NCBI GenBank assembly: GCA_038087875.1
Contig: CM075991.1
Coordinates: 14,076,001 to 14,140,000, forward strand
DNA from: Malacoraja senta
Taxonomy: Eukaryota
Direction of reading: 5' to 3'
DNA length: 64,000 nt
The notes under the pieces were generated by a model. That model had not been told where the DNA came from. It made no database searches and worked only from the letters and a program-made list of their open reading frames with translations. This document shows positions 46,389-58,830 of the stretch, in pieces; the first letter of the stretch is position 1; each line of letters begins with the position of its first letter. A program made the translations under genes and the position numbers.

Positions 46389-48735
46389 ACCTATTTCCTT
46401 CGCTCCATAGATGCTGCTGCACCCGCTGAGTTTCTCCAGCATTTTTGTGTACCCTTAGTTTAGTACTAGTTTAGTTTAGTACTAGTTTAGTTTAGTGCAG
46501 ATTAGTTTAGTACTAGTTTAGTTTAGTGCAGATTAGTTTAGTACTAGTTTAGTTTAGTGCAGTTTAGTACAGTTTAGTACTAGTTTCACTGTCCTGATTT
46601 TTTTGGCCTCATTGTCAGCTTCCCCTCAGCCAACAATAAACCATTCTACATTTACTTTTCATCGTCTGCTTTGATCTGTCCTTTTCACACCATACCTTTC
46701 TGTATTTCTAGTTTCCCTCTCCCCTGACTCTTAATCTGAAGAAGAGTCTCGACCCGAAACGTCACCCATTCCTTCTTTTCAGTTGCTGGGTTTTCTCCGA
46801 GATCTTCAGTTTCCTCCCACACTCCAAAGACATACAGGTTAGTAGGTTAATTGGCTTGGTATAAATGTAAAAATTGTCCCTAGTGTGTGTAGGATAGTGA
46901 TAATGTGCGGGGATTGCTGGTTGGCGTGGATCCGGTGGGCCGAAAGGGCCTGTTTCTGCGCTGTATCTCTAAACTGAACTAAACTAAAAAGTACTGTAAC
47001 AGCAACTAAGACCCTCCAAAGAAGGAAATCAGCTGTCCTTACCACAACCAGTGAATGAAACTTCACTATCCTCTGGAAAGCTCACACCCAGCAGGGTCGA
47101 GCAGTAAGTATGAGCAGAAACAAGGAACTGAAGATAGATGTAAAATGCTGGAGTAACTCAGCATCTCTGGAGAGAAGGAATGGGTGACGTTTCGGGTCGA
47201 GACCCTTTCTTCAGACTGGTTTACCAAAAAAGACATACCTAGGAGAAGGGGAAAAGATATATTAGCAATCTGAAGGGTAACTATTTCACACAAAGGGTGG
47301 TGGGTGTATGGAACGAGCTGCCAGAGGAGATAGTTGAGGCTGGGACTATCCCAACGTGTCAGAAACAGTTAGACAGGTACATGGATAGGACAAGTTTGGA
47401 GAGAAATGGACTGAGCGCAGGCAGGTGGGACTAGTGTAGCTGGGACATGTTGGCCGCTGTGGGCGAGTTGGGCCGAAGGGCTGCTTGCCGCGCTGTATCA
47501 CTCTATGACTCGAACCTTTTATGACTATCTTCGGTAAAAAAACAGCATCTGCAGTTCCTTCGTACAGGGGCGGCACGGTGACGCAGCGGGAGAGTTGCTG
47601 CCTCAACGCTTACAGCACCAGAGACCCGGGTTCGATCCCGACTACGGGTGTTGTCTGTACCTTCTCCCCGTGACCGCGTGGGTTTTCGCCGAGATCTTCA
47701 GTTTCCTCCCACACTCCAAAGACGTGCAGGTTTGTAGGTTAATTGGCTCGGTAAATGTATATTGTCCCTAGTGTGTTAATGTGCGGGGGATCGCTGGTCG
47801 GCGTGGACTCGGGGGGCTGTTTCCACGCTGTATCTATAAACTAACTAAGCCACACGAGCCTGGCACTATTAGGCTGCAGCAAGGTTGATTTGTTGTGCTG
47901 GGAGTCAGTCTGTGTGTCCGCCAGCTCTCTCACAGCCCCTTCATGTGCATGTACTAACCACATTACTGCCGGACAATCAACCAAGTGTGCTTCTGCCTGG
48001 GACCAGGTGATTTATCCTTATTACATGGTGTCACCACGCACCAGTAACACCGCTAGTTCACCACAGCACACCGCGTCACCACCAACAATTGACCACAAAT
48101 GATGTACAACTACCTGCAAACTCCATTAAACATTCTTTTCGTGCCCCCTGAGCGACCTCTTTGTTCGGTTCAACTGAACTTTCACTGCTGGTACTTCTTG
48201 GAGTTTGGAGATACAGCGTGGAAACAGGCCCTTCAGCCCACCGGGTCCGTGCCGACCAGCGATCACCCATTCGCACTGATTCTGTTCTGTCCGACGCACT
48301 CGGGACAGTTTGCAGAAGGCAATTAGCCTACAAACCGGTCATAAAAAGGAACTGCAGGTGCTGGTTTATACCAAAGATATGCCATCATTTGTCCTGGTCT
48401 GTTCTTGCTTCCAGTTCCACCGCCTTCCCACCCGCCTAAAACCATGTCTGGAGAAGGATCTCGAGCCAAAACGTCACCTATCCACGTTCTCCAGAGATGC
48501 TGCCTGACCTGCTGAGTTACTCCAGCATGTTGTGTCTATCTCCAGTTTAAACCAGCATCTGCAGTTCCTTCCAGCAAGAGTCGGAGAGCAGGAGGAACCA
48601 CAGAGGGGGAGCAGCGAGAGAGGAAAACGTCTTCAAAGTAGGCCTAGCTTGAGGAGTTCTTGCAGTGGAGCAGACGAAATGTGCAGGAAGGAACTGCAGA
48701 TGCTGGTTTACACTAAAGACAGACACAAAATGCGT

Positions 48736-48763
48736 CTGAAGAAGGGTCTCGACCCGAAACGTC
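48736..48763 (+). ncRNA. Minimal hammerhead ribozyme core, second PLE subfamily
   Basis: CTGAAGAAGGGTCTCGACCCGAAACGTC. Equivalent cores are at 24896-24923(-), 37381-37408, 42209-42236, 46736-46763 and 51449-51476. Confidence 0.7.
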
Positions 48764-49719
48764 ACCCATTCCTTCTCTCCAGAGATGCTGCCTGTCCCGC
48801 TGAGTGACTCCAGCACTTTGTGTCTGTCTTTCAGGATGACACCCTGAGGTGGGCAGGGTCGTCCTTGCCGGTGATGTCACATGACCTCAAAGCGAGCGGA
48901 CATAACCCAGCAAATACCGCGTAGATTAAAACGGACGGAGTGCGCTGACCTCAGCTCCAATCACCACTGGTTAACTTGTCTTAGAGTCAAAAAGTGATAC
49001 AATGTGGAAACAGGCCCTTCGGCCCAACTTGGCCACACCAGCCAACATGTCCCAGCTACACTAGTCCCACCTGCCTGCGCTTGGCCCATCTCCCTCCAAA
49101 CCAGTCCTATCCATGTACCTGTCTAACTGTTTCTTAAACAATGGGGTAGTCCCAGCCTCAACCACCTCCTCTGGTAGCTTGTTCCACACACCCTCTGTGT
49201 GAAAAAATGACCCCTCAGATTCCTATGAAATCTTTTCCCCTTCACCTGGAACCAATGTCCTCTGGTCCTCGATTCCCCTACTCTGGGCAAGAGACTCCGT
49301 GCATCTATTCTTCCAATGGTTTAATACACGATATATGAAAATGTCCCCCGTACCACTTGTTGACATCTAATCACACAAATAGCTGTATGATGGACAGTTA
49401 GAGGATGTGTATTACACTTGGCCAGTGTGTTATACAAGCACAACATTGATTTAGTCGGCTCCAGGACCAGGCTTTTCATTGCTATGTGATCCATCATACA
49501 GCATGAGGTCCTATTTTCCTTATGACAGGTTCACAAAGGATGAGGTCAGTGTAGTTGATTCACGAGCAGTGCTCCGCACTCTGGTGCGTTTGGATCTGAA
49601 CGCAGCGACCGACCGATCGACCGCACACTTTGACGGTGTCGTGGCAGCAACTCAGACCGAGGCTGGGATCGACCCCTCGACCACGGGGGATCACAGCCTG
49701 GGTCGGGAAACAGCTCCAT

Positions 49720-50205
49720 CCAAGACGGCATGGAATTGCAGAGAGTCCTGGACGCAGCCCAGACCTTCACACAAACCAAAACCCCCCTGCCACTAACTCA
49801 CTTCACACCCCACACTGCCTGGGCAAGGCCAGCAGCATCATCAATGACCAGTCTCACCCGGGCCACTCCCTTTTCTCCCCGCTCCCATCGGGCAAGAGGT
49901 GCAGAAGTGTGAAAACGCACACCTCCAGATTCAGGGACAGTTTCTTCCCAGCTGTTATCAGGCAACTGAACCGTCCTACCAACAATGAGAGAGCGGTCCT
50001 GTACTACTATCTACCTCATTGGAGACCCACGGACTATCTTTAATCGGACTTTATTTGGCACTAAACATTATTCATGTTATTCCCTTTATCATGTATCTAC
50101 ACACTGTGAACGTCTCAATTGTAATTGTATATTGACTTTCCACTGGCTGGTTAGCACGCAACAAAATATTTTCACTGTACCTCGGTACACGTGACAATAA
50201 ACTCA
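49720..50205 (+). mobile_element. Rex1-type LINE 3' fragment
   Basis: Reads CLGKASSIINDQSHPGHSLFSPLPSGKR...RFRDSFFPAVIRQLN, with a gtgacaataaa tail. Confidence 0.85.
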
Positions 50206-52194
50206 AACCCTGGTGGATCTCGTTGAGGTTTGAGTCTGTACCCCTTGGTGTAAGCTGCCCCACAGCCCCACAGCGCACCAGTCCAGAGACCCACAACATG
50301 AGATCTTAGTGTCTTCTATGCCCTTCCACAACAGTAGCATTTGCATGGGAAAGCAACAGTGGCCACTTTCCCAAAGGAGGTTTAACTCCTTTCTTTTGGA
50401 GATACAGCACGGAACAGGCCCTTCGGCCCACCGGGTCTGCACTGACCAGCGATCCCCGCACATTAACACTATCCTAAACACACTAGGGGCATTTTTACAT
50501 TCTCGACCCGAAACGTCACCCATTCCTTCTCTCCATAGATGGCTGCCTCAGCCGCTGAGTTACTCCAGCACTTTGTGTCTACCTTTGTCTTTCTGCTGAC
50601 TGATTAGCAAGCAACAAAAAGCTGTTCACTGTACCCCGATACACGTGACAATAAACTCAATGAGCTGAACTGTGCTGGGCCTGACGCAAGGCCACACTGA
50701 CATTTCCAGTGAAGAGACAAAGTGTTGGAGGAACTGGCAGCATCTGTGGAGGGAAATGGACAGACACTTGGGATGTTCTTGGAGTCGGCAGAAGGGCCCT
50801 GAACTGAATGTGGAAACAAACAACTGCAGATGCTGGTTTACACAAAGGAACGCAAAGTGCTGGAGTAACTCAGCAGGTCAAACTGCATCTCTGGAGAACA
50901 TGGATAGGTGACCCTACCTACTTAGAAGGGTCCTCACCTGAAATGCCACCTGTCCATCTTCTCCAGATATGCTGCCTGACCCGCTGAGTTACTCCAGCAC
51001 TTTGTATTTTGCTGAAAGATTCCTGCATCTGCAGTTTCTTCAGTCTCCACTGACGTTTCTATCCCTGGACACAAAATGCTGGAGTAACTCAGCGGGACGG
51101 GCAGCATCTCCAGAGAGAAGGAATGGGTGACGTCTCGGGTCGCGACCCTTCCTCAGATGGAGTGTCAGGGGCGAGGGAAACTAGAGAAATGGAAGGGTAA
51201 GGTGTGAAAACGACAGATCAAAGCAGACGATGATGAAGGAAAATGTTGAATGGTTCATTGTTGGCTGAGGGGCAGGGGATCACTAGCCTTAGTTCTCCAG
51301 CATATCCTGGGCCCTGTCTGTTCTCTGTTGCTAGTGCCAGGATTGATCTATTTTACTTTGGTGTCCACTAGCCCATCCCGTGGTCCAGTGTGGTCCCCAC
51401 TGCAAGCCTCTCCCTTCTGCCCACTAACATCACCAATATCACCAGGGTCTGAAGAAGGGTTTCGGCCCGAAACGTTGCCTATTTCCTTCGCTCCATAGAT
51501 GCTGCTGCACCCGCTGAGTTTCTCCAGCACTTTTGTCTACCTTCGATTTTCCAGCATCTGCGGTTCCTTCTTAATCACCAATATCATCCCATTTTGTTGA
51601 GCAACACATTAATATCGCTAAAGATAGACACAAAACGCTGGAGTAACTCAGTGGAACAGGCAGCATCTCTGGAGAGAAGGAATGGGTGACATTTCGGGTC
51701 GAGACTGATATCCCTACATTTTGACGACCACACAAACTATGCCGTGTACCCATGTTACACCCTTGTGCCTCGGTTTGTGCCTCTTTCCTTAAATTTGTGC
51801 AACCAAATAGCATAGGAACAGGCCCTTCGGCCCACAATGTCCTTGCTGAGCATGATTCCATGTTAAACTAATCACCCCTGCCTACATGTAATACATATCC
51901 CTCTATTCCCTGCATATCCATAGTCTATCTAAAAGCCATTACAAGCCACTGTTGTATCTCCTTCCACCACCACCCCCGGGAGCACATTCAAGACACCCAC
52001 CAGCCTCCAGGTAAAAAAACTTGACCTGCGTATTTCCTTTCAAGTTTGCCCCTCTCACCTTATTGCTATGCCCTCTGTATTTGACGTGTTCACACTGGGA
52101 AAAAGGTTCTGACTGTCTACCCTGTCAGTGATGAACTGGTTAATTCAAGTGGAAGTTTGATTCAGAAGCAGAGGGCCACACTGGCACTGATTAG

Positions 52195-52790
52195 GGATGT
52201 AATGCTGAGGCTCTAGAAGGCACTGGTAAAGCTGCATTTGGAATATTGTGAGCAATTGTGGACCCCATATCTGAGGAAGGATGTGCTGGCTCTGGAGAGG
52301 GTCCAGAGGAGGTTTACAAGTATGATCCCAGGAACTAGTAGGTTAACCTATGATGAGCGTTTGTCGGCACTGGGCCTGTACTCGCTGGAGATTAGAAGAA
52401 TGTGGGGGGACCTCATTGAAACGTACAGAATAGCGAAAGGCTTGGATAGAGTGGATGTGGAGAGGATGATTCCACTAGTGGGAGAGTCTAAGACTAGACG
52501 GCATAGCCTCAGAATTAAAGGACATTTGTTTAGGAAGGAGATGAGGAGAAATTTCTTTAGTTAGAGGGTGGTGAATCTGTGGAATTATTTGCCACAGAAG
52601 GCTGTGGAGGTCAAGTCAATGGATATTTTTAAGGCAGAGATAGATAGCATTTTGATTAGTACGGGTGTCAGAGGTTATGGGGTGAAGGCAGGAGAATGGG
52701 GTGAGAAGAGAAAGATAGATCAGCTCTGATTAAATGGCAGAGTAGACTTGATGGGGCGAATGGCCTAATTCTGCTCCTATCACTTATGAC
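52195..52790 (+). mobile_element. CR1 LINE 3' fragment (older subfamily)
   Basis: ORF 52238..52564 plus the 3' UTR. Confidence 0.88.
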
Positions 52791-53564
52791 TCAGAAACAG
52801 TTCGCTGAAGCAATCAACACCTTGCCAAAGACAGGAAGGAGAAACTTTATTCCTTTATTCCTTGGAGCGCAGGAGGATGAGGGGTGATCGTGCATGATCA
52901 TGAGATGAATAGATTGGGTAAATGCACAGTCTTTTGCCCATTGTAGGGGAATCTAGAACCAGAAGCCATAGGTTTATGGTGGGGGGGGGGGGGGGGAGAT
53001 TTAATAGGAACCTGAGGGGTAACTTTTTTACACAAGTGTATGGAACGAGCTGCCGGAGGAGGTAGTTGAGGCTGGTACTATTATAACATTTAAGAGACAT
53101 TTGGACAGGTACATGGACAGCACAGATTTAGAGGGATGCAGGCAGGTGGGACTAGTGTAGATGGGGCATGTTGGTGGGTGTGGGCAAGTTGGGCTGAAGG
53201 GCCTGTTTTCACACTGTGTGACTCTGTGGCTCTGAACCAAACGCTGCCTTGCTGACCACCTGTGTTCAGTCTGCAAGGGCTTCTCTGAGCTTCCAGTCCT
53301 CCAGCCACGTTCATTCTCCATCCCTGTCTCTCTCTGACCTCTCGGTCCCCAGCCTCCATCAATGACCAGCGCAGGGCTGAGCATCAACACTGTGTCATCC
53401 GTCTGGGCACAATGTCACCCTCAGGGCTCAACACTGAATCTAACTGGTCCATGTAACCAGATTTATTTTTTAATCTCTACAGATGTGACTCGACCTTTCT
53501 CATTCTATTTGTTTTCTTCTTCTTCTTTCTCTAATGAGCAGTTTTTAAAGCAATTGTTGCCTTG

Positions 53565-54200
53565 ACACCTGTCCTTATACCTCCGTCCTCACCTCCATGC
53601 AGGTACACCTGTCCCTATACCTCCACCCTCACCTCCATGCAGGTACACCTGTCTCTATACCTCCATCCTCACCTCCATGCAGGTACACCTGTCTCTATAC
53701 CTCTGTCCTCACCTCCATCCAGGTACACCTGTCCCTATACCTCCACCCTCACCTCCATCCAGGTACACCTGTCCTTATACCTCCGTCCTCACCTCCATCC
53801 AGGTACACCTGTCCCTCTACCTCCACCCTCATCTCCATCCAGGTACACCTGTCCCTCTACCTCCACCCTCACCTCCATCCAGGTACACCTGTCCCTCTAC
53901 CTCCACCCTCACCTCCATCCAGGTACACCTGTCCCTCTACCTCCACCCTCACCTCCATCCAGGTACACTTGTACCTATACCTCCACCCACACCTCCATGC
54001 AGGTACACCTGTCCCTATACCTCCACCCTCACCTCCATCCAGGTACACCTGTCCTTATACCTCCGTCCTCACCTCCATCCAGGTACACCTGTCCCTCTAC
54101 CTCCACCCTCACCTCCATGCAGGTACACCTGTCCTTCTACCTCCACCATCACCTCCATCCAGGAACACTAGTTTCAATACCTTCTCCATCACCTCCACCT
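53565..54200. repeat. 40-bp minisatellite, about 16 units
   Basis: Unit caggtacacctgtccctatacctccaccctcacctccatc. Confidence 0.96.
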
Positions 54201-54201
54201 A

Positions 54202-54517
54202 GGGGCGACACGGTGGCACAGCGGTAGAGTTGCTGCCTCACAGCCCCGGAGACCCAGGTTCGGGTGCTGTCTGTACGGAGTTTGTACGTTCTCCCCGTGA
54301 CCTGCGTGGGTTTTCTCCTAGATCTTTGATTTCCTCCCACATTCCAAAGACGTTCAGGTCCGTAGGTTAATTGACGGTATAAATGTATAAATGTAGAATG
54401 ATCCCTGTTGTAGGGTAGTGTTAGTGTGCGGGGATCGCTGGTCGGTGCGGACTCGGTGGGCCGAAGGGCCTGTTTCCGCGCTGTATCTCTAAATAAAACC
54501 AAACTAAACTAAACTAG
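54202..54517 (+). mobile_element. HE1-type SINE
   Basis: Full-length copy with (ctaaa)n tail. Confidence 0.88.
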
Positions 54518-54519
54518 AA

Positions 54520-55200
54520 ACACCCATCCCTGCACCTCCTCCCTCTCCTCCATCCAGGGACCCCAACAACCCCTCCGGGTGGGACAGAGGTCCACGTGCA
54601 CCTCCTGTAACCTCATCTACTGCACTCGGTGTTCCCCGTGTGGCCTCCTGTACATCGGCGAGACCAAGCGTAGACTCGGCAACTGTCTTGACAAACACCT
54701 GCGCTCGGCATGCCGAGGCCTGGTGGATCTCCCGGTTGCCAAACCATTGTAACTCACTCCCCTGCTCATTCCCACACTGAACTGGGCCTCCTCCATTGCC
54801 AGAGTGAGGCCACACACAAACTGGAGGAACAGCGCCTCATATTCCACTTGGGCAGCTTACAAACCAGTCGCTTGAACATTGCATTTCTCCAATTTTAGGT
54901 AATTAATTAACCTTCCCCTTCTCTCTTCGCCCCCCCCCACCACACAAACTCTCCCCCCCCCCACCCCCAGCTTACCTCTCCTCCCCTCATCTCTCCCCTG
55001 CATCCCACCTGCACTTGAACCAATTTCTCCCCTCCCCTTCCATCTACATTCCTTCCTCTAGCTTCACAACTCGCAACCTTTCCATCCTTTTCCCTCACAC
55101 CTTTTGTCTCTTCGTCTCTGGCCTTGTCCAGGCATCTGCCTATCATCCCTCCTTCATTCCCCAACTTGTATCAACCTTTTACCTACCAGGCCTTGGCCTG
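54520..55200 (+). mobile_element. Older PLE relic (GIY-YIG)
   Basis: Reads NLIYCTRCSPCGLLYIGETKRRLG...KLEEQRLIFHLGSLQ. Confidence 0.85.
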
Positions 55201-55827
55201 TCCCTAAGATGGACCCAAAGTGCTGGAGTATCTCAACTGGCCACTCCAAAGCAGACAGGTTTGTAGGTTAATTGGCTTCGGTAAAATTGTAAATTGTCCC
55301 TAGTGTGTGTAGGATCGTGTTAGTGTGCGGGGATCGCTGGTTGGCGTGGACTCGTGGGCTGAAGGGCCTGTTTCCACGCTCTGTCACTAAACTAAAAAAC
55401 TAAATATGAGTGCTGGCACTTGAGTTTAGAGATACAGCATGGGAACAGGCCCTTCGGCCCAACTTGCTCATGTTGACCAAGATGCCACATCAATGCTAAT
55501 CCCACCTGCCTGTGTTTGGCCCATATCTCTATAAACCTTTCCTATCCATATACCTGTCCAAATGTCTTTAGAACATTGTGTAGTAATTCCATGTTGCCCA
55601 CAGAGGCCCCAAACCTGCATGTCTTTGGGATGTGGCAGGAAACCCATGCAGTCACCGGGAGAACCTGTACACTCCACATAGACAGCACCCGAGGTCGGGG
55701 TCGAACTCGGGTCTCTGGCGTTGTGAGGCAGCGGCTCGACCAGCTCGATGGAGGGCTTCTCACCCCGTGGACGCCACCTGCTGTATCTCGCCGGCTTTTT
55801 CCATCTTAACCCAGGTGCTTCTGCTTG

Positions 55828-56830
55828 GATAGACGCACAACGCTGGAGTAACTCAGGCAGCATCTCTGGAGAGAAGGAATGCGTGACGTTTCGGGTCGAG
55901 ACCCTTCTTCAAACTGCGAGTCAGGGGAGAGGGAGACATAGAGATATGGAAGGGTAAGGCGTGAAAACGAGAGATTAAAAGGAATGAAGTTCATGGAAAA
56001 TGTTTTGTTCGCTGGGGAAGCTGACATCGAAGCATACAATCAGTAAAATGTAAGCAGAAGGACAGTCAAACTAGTTGGAGAACTAGGATGGCGGAGGGAT
56101 GGAGAGAGAGGGAAAGCAAGGGTTACTTGAAGTTAGAGAAGTCAATGTTCATACCGCTGGGGTGTAAGCTGCCCGAGTGAAATGTGAGTTGCTGTTCCTC
56201 CAATTTGCGCTGGGCCTCACTCTGACAATGGAGAATTATAGAAACATCTAAAATTATAAAAGGACTGGACAAGCTAGATGCAGGAAACATGTTCCCAATG
56301 TTGGGCGAGTCCAGAACCAGGGGCCACAGTCTTAGAATAAAGGGGAGGTCATTTGAGACTGAGGTGAGAAAAAACGTTTTCACCCAGAGAGTTGTGAATT
56401 TATGGAATTCCCTGCCACAGAGGGCAGTGGAGGCCAAGTCACTGGATGGATTTAAGAGAGAGTTAGATAGAGCTCTAGGGGCTAGTGGAATCAAGGGATA
56501 TGGGGAGAAGGCAGGCACGGTTATTGATAGGGGACGATCAGCCATGATCACAATGAATGGCGGTGCTGGCTCGAAGGGCCGAATGGCCTCCTCCTGCACC
56601 TATTTTCTATTTTCTATGTTTCTATGTTTCTAGGACAGAAGGTCAGTGTGGGAATGGGTGGGGGAGTTCAAGTGTTGAGCAACCAGGAGATCACATTGGC
56701 CTAGGTGGACTGAGCGGAGGTGTTCAGCGAAAACGATCGCTGAGCCTGCGCTTGGTCTCTCCGATAAATAGGGAGTCCACACCTGGAACAGCGGAGGCAG
56801 CAGATGAGGTTGGAGGAGTGCAAGTGAACC
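55828..56830 (-). mobile_element. PLE relic split by a CR1 fragment (56236-56632, +)
   Basis: Reads LHCQSEAQRKLEEQQLTFHSGSLHPSGMNIDFSNFK. The CR1 ORF is 56289..56633. Confidence 0.82.
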
Positions 56831-57787
56831 TTGGAGTAGATGGGGGTTGGAGGAGGTGCTTAGAGCCAGGATCACACAGCTGAGAGAGAGGCAGTGAAGG
56901 CTTTGAGATGGGTTGAATGAGCTGGGAAGCTGTGATTTGCCCTGTTCAGCACTAAGACAGCCTGACTGCTGCAGTGTACAATGAATCCATTATTCTGTGG
57001 TTGGCTGGCAGCGAATGGAATTCAAATGCGTCACACAAGCATATCAGGAAACCTCGGAGGGAGGTTCGATTAGGACGGTTCCAGCCCGGTGATTTTTCAA
57101 ATGATAATTGGGTTATAGATGTCTGTATCTGGCTGTCTTTCCTGCAGCACTGTGTTGCTAATAGGTTAATGCAATTTAACAGCAGATTGGGTGATGTCTT
57201 AACGCAGGTCAAAACCCACTTTGTACTCAAACACACGTATTATTATCTGGTCGGCTCCTGTTCACTTCATCTGGCCAGGGAGCGTGCTTCAATATTACCT
57301 GTTAATGAGCTGATAGCCTGCAAACCAGGCCTCGACCCGAAACGTCATCCATTCCTTCTCTCCAGAGATACTGCCTGCCCCGCTGAGTTACGTCAGCATT
57401 TTGTGTCTATCTTCTACTAATGGGAACTTCTCCCTATTGTTCACGTTTGGCCAGTGATACAAATTGCTCACAAATGGAAGCATTTATGAAGAAAATACAG
57501 CCTTTCGAAAGACATTCAGATACTTGTAGTGCATTCTGTGTGGTTACCAGGGATCTGTAAGTGTTTCAGAAAGAACTGCAGATGCTTGAAAATCGAAGGT
57601 AGATAAAAATGCTGGAGAAACTCAGCGGGTGAGGCAGCATCTATGGAGCGAAGGAAAAGGTGGCGTTTTGGGTCTTGATCCAAAACATCACCCATTTTTT
57701 TTTTCCACTCCACAGATGCTGCCTGACCCACTGAGTTATCCCAGGACATTATGTCTATCTTCTCTGTAAGTTGTGTATAGTTTAGCA

Positions 57788-58090
57788 CAGGGGTGGGCAA
57801 CCTTGTTCTGCATATTGGGGCCAGGACGCATGTCTGTGAGCGGATGGCGGGCCACATCTATCACATGTACACCTGGATCCTGCCCCCATCCCGCCCCGGA
57901 TGGCAGGCATCAAATCACGTGTTCACAGAAGGTGCGAGGCCGTGCTGGCGGCTTTGCGCAGGTTGCGGTACAGCCTGAGATCGGCGCTCGGCGGGCCGGA
58001 TGACTACGGGAAAAAAAATCCGGCTGTGGGTCGGAAGATGTCGGGTTACGGGCCGCATTCGGCCCTGGGGCCGTAGGTTGCTGACCCCTG
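57788..58090. mobile_element. hAT (Charlie-like) MITE
   Basis: TIRs caggggtgggcaacc and ggttgctgacccctg, with an 8-bp TSD gtttagca / gtttagcg. Confidence 0.88.
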
Positions 58091-58830
58091 GTTTAGCGTA
58101 TCGGAACAAGGAACCGTTGATGCTGGCTTACCAAAGAAGTATTTAGTTTAGAGGTACAGCATGGAAACAGGCCCTTCAGCCCACTTGAGTCCACTTTAGG
58201 TCGATGCTATCCCTCTTTCCCATCCACTCCCTACACACTAGGGGCAGTTTTATAAAGGGCCAGTTAATGGGATGAAAAGTCACCCATACCTTCTCTCCCG
58301 AGTTGCTGCCTGTGCCCGCTGAGTTACTCCAGCATTTTGTGTCCATCTACCAATCTGTGTGCTTGGATTGGTAGTCCAGGCTACTGGGCTAGTGCCTTGT
58401 CCCATTCCACCATCACATTTCCCATTCATTATCTGCAGCTCCGACACTCTGTGAGGACCAGCCGACATGATCTAAGGTGTACCAGGCAGCAGAAGATGAG
58501 TCAATGAATGGACGTCTGGCAAAGCAAGGTCCTCATCGAGGAGCTTCAACAGTTTGTTTCCCCTCAGACCCATCAGGCTAAGTGTTCCCAGATGGCAGGT
58601 CCGATCGTGGCAAATGGCCAACCGCGGGCGCACGCATTTTCTGTTGCGAGGAGCTTGCTGTGAAGACGTGTTGCTGGTGTTTAGGCGTGTGTGTTAGCTG
58701 TGGTTCCGTGGGCAGCAGGCTGGTCTTTGTGGGTCCAGATCCCATTACAAGACCCTACCCCTGTGGTGCAGAGCTGAGGGGGCATTGCCCATGCACCAGC
58801 CACATGTGTCAGGAGGGTATGAGCTATTTC

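Larger units (their letters stand above)
44269..46455. mobile_element. Palindromic (foldback) Penelope-like element: two head-to-head 5'-truncated copies
   Basis: Mirror ORFs 44515..45513(-) and 45246..46244(+) encode the post-RT linker (YLDYTSSHP..CKDSIP.SQFLRLRRICS) and GIY-YIG domain. The axis is at 45379/45380. Confidence 0.96.
43261..46585. repeat. (TAGTT)-based satellite (tagtt/tagtac/tagtgc units), interrupted by the PLE palindrome
   Basis: Arrays at 43261-44268 and 46456-46585. Confidence 0.95.

Noticed and set aside
49479..49796. Myosin regulatory light chain-like DRFTKDEV motif
   Set aside because: Only about 8 residues resemble it, the flanking residues do not, and no other exons of such a gene were found.
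53562..54227. CRISPR array or Pro-rich protein gene
   Set aside because: The 40-bp units are contiguous with no unique spacers, there are no cas genes and the context is eukaryotic. The ORFs are repeat artefacts.
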